The notes under the pieces were generated by a model. The model saw only the letters and a program-made list of their open reading frames with translations, did no database searches and was not told the origin of the DNA. DNA of 64,000 bases from Octopus vulgaris (Eukaryota). The stretch is taken from contig OX597816.1 in assembly GCA_951406725.2 (NCBI GenBank), positions 100,812,001 to 100,876,000 on the forward strand, in the 5' to 3' direction. This document shows, piece by piece, positions 40,001 through 49,400 of the stretch; within the stretch, counting starts at the first letter, position 1, and each line of letters opens with the position of its first letter. The translations under genes were made by a program, and so were the position numbers.

Positions 40001-43000
40001 GTGTTCTGTAACATTCCTAAGTCTCGCAATACCTTTGGATTTGTCCAAATTCAATCTCTCCAGCTATTACCTTTATTACAAGCCACCACCCTTTAACTCA
40101 CTCTCCTTCTCTGTCTTACCATCATTTATCATTACTATTACTCATTTCTCAGTCTCTCTATCACATTACTCTTTTCTTTATCACTCATTGTTAACATCCA
40201 TCACTTTTGTTGTCTCCTATTACTGTCTCCCTCTCATTTTTATTACTCTCTCTCTCTCTCTCTTCAATTGGCCTTCTTCCTATCAGTTCGTATCTCCCTT
40301 CTTTCCTTCCCCTCTATCACTTTCTAGCCCTAGTTTTCTCTCTTTTATCACTCTTCTATTCACATCTTGATCATGTTGCCTTGATCAAACAGAAACAATA
40401 TTTTGTAGAGAGTACTCTGTAGTGTTACTACAAACATAACCTTTCCATACGATGTCATGATAAAGTGCTTCCAGTACACACTGTAAAATTGTTAGCATTA
40501 GAAAGACCAATCAATATAAAAAGTGTGCTTGATTCATCTAGGTGAGCAGAAAATCCAGAGCAGAACTGACTTGGACCACAATGACCTGATCAAACTATGC
40601 TAGCATTGAAAAGTGATGAAGTGAAGATGATAATGATGAAGAAGAGAATTATATGTGTGGTCGTCATCATCATCATCGTTTAATATCTACTTTTCATGCT
40701 GGCATGAGTTGGTTGACTTATCATAGTCTGAATCAATGTATATGCAAAGTTACTGTCCTTTTAGATGGCTCAGAGAAGTATGTCTGGTTTATATATTTTG
40801 TTTGGCATGGTTTCTGAAGCTGAATGTCCTTCATAGAACCAACCATTTTACGGAGTACACTGGGAACATTTAATCCTAGGAGGTTGTCATGTTCTCCACT
40901 GGTCAAGACTAAAAGGTCCTTTCAACTTTGTAACTGATCACACACTTTACAGAAAGTACTGGGTGTACTTTATTATGGTACCAGCACAAATGAGATTTCT
41001 TCTATGTGATGAAGAGAGAATGAATATAAAAGAAGAACTAGGGTGAGACGTGGAAAGAAGCAAAAGTATGTTGTACAATACAAAGTGATCCAGTGTCATT
41101 TTGCCATTATTGTCTCCCCTTCCACTGTATGGAAAGAGAAAGACAGCAATAATATTGAGAGGTGGTAACAGCAGAAGGTATTGATAGAGAAAGAGAAGAC
41201 TCTCCTGGTAACTACATGTTTGTTGGTAAGAGAGTGTGACAGATGTCAGTAATGAATCAGTTGGGAGAGAAAGAATGATGGCTGGCACTATAGAAACGTA
41301 ATGCTACCAGAAAAAGCATGAGTAATGGATAGTCAAAAAGGTAAAAGTAGGAAAGTGTGGGACATCTGAGGAAATGATAGCTGGTAGTACTAGAAGATGA
41401 ATTAGAGGTTTTTTTTCAGATACCAGTAGATCCAGTAGTCTCTTGTTACTCAGGCATTAATTTGGAAGGAAGAGAGGATGGTTTTAATGATATGGAAAGC
41501 GGTAGTTAGGGAATAAGTATGATTATAGCTAATGTTTTCTCTGATGACATGAGTACCATGGTGCGGTAAATAGGCAAGGAGGTGATAGTGAAAGATAAGA
41601 AAGTATTGAATAGACAAAAAGAGCTGCAGAAGGAGAGTAGCAGGTACAAAATTGGCAAAACTCCCAGATAATTTATATATATTTATATATATATATATAT
41701 ATAAATATAAATAACCCACCCTCCATCATTATTCCCATCTTGATATCGAAATATTGATATTTTAATATTGAAATAAAACCTCTGCCTGTTTGTCTGGTCA
41801 CTTTACCAGTGTAAATTATTGATATTTGTTGAACCAACAAGGGAACTGCTATGTAGTCTCTTAACTAATAGCCAAATCTCTCTCTCTCTCTCAAATTGCA
41901 TTCTGCCATCATAAAGAAAGAAGGATACATTGCAGAACATAGTTTTTTTAGCTCAGGAAAAAAATGTCAGAATAGCCATGGTTACAATACCATTGGTCAT
42001 AAGTTTGCTCCTTTAAGGCAAACCTAGGGCAAAAAACAAAAAAAATTATTTGTCATCAGAGTGAGTGTTTTACCACTATATCATGGCCAGGTTGGTGAAC
42101 TTACTGATGATGCCTTACAAGTTTGCATCCATTTACAAATTTAATATCTAGTCTTGATTAATTACTCTAATGTTTCTTGTTTCTTACAAAAGAAAACGTT
42201 CAATACATTGTGCTGCACTGTAACATTATAAACATTTCATTTTAGACGCTAATGCAGCCTTGAAGGAATTTCTATTGTCAAGAAACCCCAAGCAACAACA
42301 CTCTTGCACTTTAGAGTCATTTTTAATTAAACCGATCCAGCGAATTTTGAAATATCCACTTCTATTACAACAGTTGTGCCAACTGACTGATCCAGAGACA
42401 GACGAACATTACCATCTCTCAGGTATTCACTCTTAAAGATCTCCTTTTCACAGTTCATTCCAAAACTAAAAAGATGTTATCACCTCATATTAAATATTTT
42501 GGTTATCAAAATGCCTTATGTCAAAAACTAAGATTAAAACATAAGGAAGAAGGAAGAGGAAGATTTGAAAAATAGCTTCATATATTTTTATTTTCTTGCA
42601 GAGGCCCTTCGTGGAATGGAAGCTGTAGCAGAACATATCAATGAGATGCAGAAAATTTATGAGGAGTATGGTTACTCTTTCGATGAACTATCTCGTATGT
42701 ACAAAGAACATCATCCACACAATAAAGTAAGTTGTTACAATTGCTATTCAACATTAGAGAAGTTCAATTGAAAGTGACAATCTTTGTGGTAACTTTGTCA
42801 TAACACCTTCCTTGGCTAACTACTAAACAATATGTGCAAATGAGAGAGATTTTACATGGTTTCTGTATCTACTAGAAATAACAGCCAGATCTCTCAAATT
42901 ACATTTTACCATCTTTAGTTTAAAAAAAGATATGTTAAGTAATGTAACCTGAGATAAACTATTTTTTAAATAATTTAATCATAGGTCTGCTCCATCAGGG

Positions 43001-46000
43001 CTAATTGGTACTAAATGTCAACAATATAACAATAAGATATTGTCTCATCATCATCATCATCATCATCATTTAGCGTCCGTTTTCCATGCTAGCATGGGTT
43101 GGACGGTTCTGCTGGGGTCTGTGAAGCCAGAAGGCTTCATCAGGCCCAGTCAAATCTGGCAGTGTTTCTACGGCTGGATGCCCTTCCTAACGCCAACCAC
43201 TCCGTGAGTGTAGTGGGTGCTTTTTACGTGCCACCCGCACTGGTGCCAGCCAGAGCTGGCAAACGGCCACGAACGGATGGTGTTTTTTATGTGCCACCGG
43301 CACGAGGGCCAGGCGAGGCTGGCAACGAACACGAAACGGGGCGGTGCTGGCAACGGTCGCGAAACGGAAGGTTCTCTTACATGCCACCGGCACTGGTAAC
43401 ACATCTGCAATTTCCATTGATCGATTTCCATTGATCGATTTCGATTCTGATCCTCACTTGCCTCAATGGGTCTTCACAAGCAGAGTTTCGACATGCCACC
43501 GGCACTGGTAGCACATCCGCAATTTCCATTGATCGATTTCGATTCTGATCCTCACTTGCCTCAACACGTCTTCACAAGTAGAGTTTTGTGTCCCAAGAAG
43601 GGAAGGTATGCATACGTAGGCTGGCTCCATCCCATGTAGAAGGCCATGGGTTGTGGACTCACTTGTCCTGCCGGGTCTTCTCGCGCACAGCACACTTCCA
43701 GAGGTCTCGGTCTCTAGTCATTTCCTCGGTGAGACCTAAAGTTCGAAGGTCGTGCTTCACCACCTCGTCCCAGGTTTTCCTGGGTCTGCCTCTTCCACAG
43801 GTTCCCTCAACCGCTAGGGTGTGGCACTTTTTCACACAACTATCTTCATCCATTCTCGCCACATGACCATACCAGCGCAAACGTCTCTCTTGCACACCAC
43901 AACTGATGCTTCTTAGGTCCAGCTTTTCTCTCAAGGTACTTACACTCTGCCGAGTGTGAGTACTGGCATTACACATCCATCGGAGCATACTGGCTTCATT
44001 TCTAGCGAGCTTACGCATATCCTCAGCAGTCACGGCCCATGTTTCACTGCCATGTAGCATGGCTGTTCGTACACACGCATCATACAGTCTGCCTTTCACT
44101 CTGTGCGAGAGGCCTTTTGTCACCAGCAGAGGTAAGAGCTCTCTGAACTTTGCCCAAGCTATTCTTACTCTAGCAGTTACACTTTCAGCACACCCGCCCC
44201 CGCTGCTGACTTGGTCACCTAGGTAACGGAAACTATCAACTATTTCTAGTTTTTCTCCCTGGAAAGTGACAGAAGTTGGTCTCAGAGCATTTTCAGTGTT
44301 TATTGTTCCTGAGCATCTGCCACATACAAAAACCATCTTCCTAGTTAGCCTTCCTTTGACATTGCTGCATCTCTTATGTGTCCATAGCTTACACTTGGTG
44401 CATCTTATAGAGTTTCTACCTACACCTTTTCTACAGATCGAGCAGGGCCATCTACCTGAAGGTGTTTGTGATTTGTCTACCTTCCTACTGATTACGACTT
44501 TGGTTTTAGCTAGATTGACTCTGAGGCCCTTCGATTCTAATCCTTGTTTCCACACCTGAAACTTCTCCTCCAGTTCTGATAGCGACTCAGCAATTAGAGC
44601 AAGGTCATCAGCATAGAGGAGCTCCCAAGGGCATCCTGTCTTGAATTCCTCCGTTATTGCCTGGAGGACTATGATAAATAGGAGGGGCTGAGTACTGAGC
44701 CTTGGTGGACCCCTACCTCTACCCGGAATTCTTCACTGTACTCATTTCCAACCCTCACCCTACTAGCGGCGTCCCTATACATGGCCCGCACAGCTCTCAC
44801 TAACCATTCATCTATCCCTAGTTTTCTCATTGCCCACCAGATAAGGGATCGGGGGACCCTGTCGAAGGCTTTCTCCATGTCAACAAAAGCCAGGTACAGG
44901 GGCTTATCTTTGGCTAGGTATTTCTCCTGCAGCTGCCTTACCAGGAATATAGCATCAGTAGTACTTTTCCCTGGCACAAACCCAAACTGCATCTCATCTA
45001 AACTAACTCTCTCTCTAATTAGTTGGGCTATGACCCTCTCCGTAACCTTCATCACCTGGTCCAACAGCTTGATACCTCTGTAGTTGTTTGTATCTAGGGC
45101 ATCACCTTTACCTTTGTAGCAGTTGACTATTATACTGCTACACCAGTCATTGGGTATGACCCCTTTGTGTATCACCTGATTAACTATATGGGTGACTAGG
45201 CTATAGCCGACACTACCAGACATTTTGAGCATCTCTGCAGTGATTCCTGATGGGCCTGGGGCTTTCCCTGTCTTCATGCTTCTAATTGCCTTAGCTACCA
45301 CAGAACTATCAACTCGGATAGCTGGTCCCTCTGTTGGGTCAACATTCGGCAGACTCTCTTTATCCCATTCATTTTCTTCATTCAGCAACCTTTCATAGTG
45401 GCATCTCCAAACCTCTCTCTTTGCATCCTCATTTAGCGCAAGTGAACCATCTTCCATGCGAACACACTTCTCTCCTACCACATCACGATTCTCTCTCACA
45501 CACTGTCTTGCAACACGAAACACCTCCAGTCTTTGGTCCTCACGGCGCAGAACATTGGCAAATTTTTTCTTATCTGCTTCCCCTCTGGCTAAATAAACCT
45601 GTCTCCTAGCTTCTCTTTTGGCAGTCTGATACAATTCCCTGCTACCCCCATTTTTCCAGACCTTCCAAGCCTGTCTCTTTTCTCTAATAGCCCTGTCTAC
45701 AATATTGTTCCACCACCACGTTATTCTAGGTCGAGAGGGGACTTTGCACCAGCCACAGATCTGGTCAGTGGCTCTCAGCAGGTTGTCCCTTAGAAACGTC
45801 CAGCTGTCTTCTACCCCCTGTGATGCTCTATCCCCTTCTACTTCGTCAGAGGCTTCAAGTAATATGTCCCTAAATCTCTGTCCATTTGCAGGATCTTTAA
45901 GCTTCCAGATCCTTCTTCTCCATATTTGTCGTCTTCTGGTTGTCCTCCTAGTCCTGATCCTAAAGTCACTAACTACCAGTCTATGTTGTGGGGTACATTC

Positions 46001-46398
46001 TTCACCTGGGAAGGTTTTGGCATTTATAAGCAGCCATCTCTCCCTTTGCCTTGTAAGGATGTAGTCAATTTGGCTGGTATGTTGGCCCGATTGGTAAGTG
46101 ACTAGGTGGCTGGTAGGTTTCCTGAAGTTATGGTTTTTATTGTAGAAATGCAAAGACACCAGAGCTGTAGTTATAAACATGTTTTTTGGTTTCATGGAAT
46201 TTAAACTGAATTAGAAATATTTTAAGAAAAGACATAGGTGCAGCAGTGGGCATGTGGTAAGTAGCTTGCTTACCAACCATATGGTTCTGGGTTCAGTCCC
46301 AATGTGTAGCACCTTAAGCAAGTGTCTTCTACTACAGCCTCGGGCTGCCCAAAGCCTTGTGAGTGGATTTGGTAGATGGAAACTGAAAGAAGCCCATC

Positions 46399-46443
<45 letters not shown>

Positions 46444-49400
46444 TGTAATGTATGTGTGTGCAGTAGTGTATCAGTGTTTGTCCCCCCAACTTCACTTGAC
46501 AACCGATGCTGGTGTGTTTACATACCCGTAATTTAGTGGTTCAGCAAAAAAATTGATAGAATAAGTACTAGGCTTACAAAGAATAAGTCCTGGGGTCAAT
46601 TTGCTCGACTAAAGGCAGTACTCCAGCATGGCCGCAGTCAAATGACTGAAACAAATAAAAGAATAAAATAATAGTAAATTATTTTAGACTGGGAATTATC
46701 AGTTGCAAACTAAGCATTTATCAATTTTTTTTGTTTATGCATAAATGTTTACCTAGATGTTCTGTACATGTTTTCATATGTATTATTTAAGGTAACATGT
46801 AAATTGATTTCAATAACAGAATGGAAAGACACTAGAATTGTTCTTATAACCACAAATGGAATCACTTTTAGTGTTGTGTTTAATGTTCCAGAAACATACT
46901 AATTTAAATTATCACCATTTGTTATTTATGATTTCTGTACTTTTGAAGCACTACTCAACAAAGCAAATATATTTCTGTTGGTTTTGACAGATAAATTTCA
47001 TATTCATTGCATCAGTGTGTAAGCAGCTGAGTATTCCTCAGAAACTTGTATACTTAATATACTTCTCAGACAGAATCAGCCTGACATAGTGTGCGACAAG
47101 GATGGTCCTTTGAATTACAGATAAAATTCATCCAACAGGCTTCCATAAGGTTCCCATCTGCCCAATCTCACTAACAAGGCTTGAGTTGACCTGAGGCTAT
47201 GTTAACAGACACTCGCTCAAGATACCATACAGTGGGAGTGAAACCAAGCCCTTATGATTACAAAGCAAACTTTCTAACTCTTTTGGCCATTAGATACACT
47301 TGTGCACATAGACACATTTTATAACTGAGAGTATAGATGTCCAAGATGGTAGATATTGAGGTTGGTAGTTTGTCTTCTGTCACTTCCACTGTATTTTGCC
47401 CATGTCCAAGACTCTGTGACTGAGCTCACCTCTTTAAAAGTCATGCACCACTGTAAGCAATGATAACAATCTTAAAATTCACAAAAGTTTGATAGCTTTC
47501 CTGGGGACCTGCATAGGACTGTGGGAAATCACTCTAGTCTTATTTCATTAAATAACTACATGGGTCTCTAGTATCATTAGAATTTAGGTACAAACTACCA
47601 AAACCTGCAGCTATATGATCAGTACAAGACGTGTGTAAAAAAATTTTTTATAAAGATACAAAGATTTATTTAGTGTGTTATGTTTTACTATAAATATTGC
47701 AAGTACTTCCTTATTTTGCTAGCTGCATACACACTTCTATGTGAATTTAATGCTCTAGCATTATTCTCTTTTTCACTAAAGTATAAATTGGAGATGAAAT
47801 TTTCATATACGATGTTCTACTTTCAGCCGGTAGACTTGAGTGTTGGAGAACTGCAAATGTATGGGACTGTACAATGGTGCAATGCTATAGATTTCCTTGG
47901 GAAGATCAAGAAAGGGACAGACCTGGAGAATGTTGTGTTCGTTTTTAAAACTGGAATTGTCTTTCTGTGCCGTGAGAGGGTGAAGAGAAAATTGAAGAAG
48001 GTAAATAATACACTTACAATTATAATAAAAAGACAATTGACATTTTTAGAAGTCGTGTATAACAATGACTAATCCTTACTTTTTTTTAACAGAGCAGTAA
48101 CAGCCGGAATGCTCCCATGTCTGAGGGCTATGATGCCATACCCCGTTTCCGCACCCTAATCCCTGTACATGAGGTGCAAGTTGTAAGCGGCTCACGGGCA
48201 GATTGTGAGAGGCACTATTGGTGGCAGCTAATCCATTCCAAGTCTGAGGTAGAAGGCCGGCCAGAGAGGCTGTACCAATTTTGCAACTGGTAAGTTAGTC
48301 TCAATGATGTTATCAGTGATGTAAACCTGATTATATGCACTAAACTGTGTGAGACAACAGATCTGAGTGTATTATGGCAGTCATTTGCATTAAATGTTTG
48401 GTGTATATACTACCAACCCTGCTAGAAATGTATGTCACATATAAGAACTGCTACAAATAAATAGCAAGAACTGACTTTTTTCCATAAACCACTCTGATCC
48501 GATACATCACTATCAAACATTTGCATTTTTTCTTTTTGTTAGATCAGTAATTCTCAACCATATGACCCCTGGGGATCCATATAAAGTTTTGTGGGGGTCC
48601 ATACTTGCAAAATAGTAAATTGAGGATCCACAGTAGTATGTTAAGGTTCCATGAAAAACTTTTGCTTTAGGTGTATTTATTGAAAGAAACAGATTTCTTT
48701 CTCTAATGTTTTACATGATTTAACCTACACAAGTGAATGTGTGGAAAGCAAAATAGGAATTTTGAAAGAAGATTTTATAAAACTAGTTTTTAAACATTGA
48801 ATGGCATAAGAATAGTAATCAGATGGGTCCATACATAAAAAATTGTTGAGAACCACTGCCCTAGATGTTAAGTTTAAATCCCAATATTTATTGTTGTATA
48901 TAAGGTTTTTTGGGGAAAAAAATTTGACAGTAATGACAAAGAATGGAGCAATTGATGTTGACAATCTCTGGGTTCCTACAACATTTTACATTTATGAAGT
49001 GGTTTCTAATAGAAAACCTGTAACCGTTTTTGAACCAGTGTTATTAAAGAGAGACAGTGAGTGGGGCTTGTAATCATATTGATGCTAATTTAGGTCTCGT
49101 GCAAAATAGAGTTGTTTTCTTTCACTCAGAAAATTTCATGCTGCTGTTTCTCAACATCAGTTATTCCATTTTCTCTCATAATTGTCAAATTTTATTTCCC
49201 AAAAACCCTTATGAACAATAATGAATAATATGATTTAAACTTGACATCTAGGACAGTGGTTCTCAACAATTTTTTCACATATGGACCTGCCTAATTACTA
49301 TAGTATCTGTCATTATATAACATGGTGTGCATTCTATTTTGATCTCTATCCAATCTAGTTCCATTTTGTTTTGTTATGATGCTTTCTATTACTTTCTCAG

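Noticed and set aside
43099-46064. Several + strand ORFs overlapping the LINE, and ORFs at 18503-18898 and 15346-15552
   Set aside because: Antisense shadows of RTE coding and UTR sequence.
46132-46195. ATG-initiated N-terminus (MKPKNMF...) of the 508-aa ORF as a host-LINE fusion gene
   Set aside because: AT-rich flank that is open by chance upstream of the 5' truncation point; no promoter or splice evidence.
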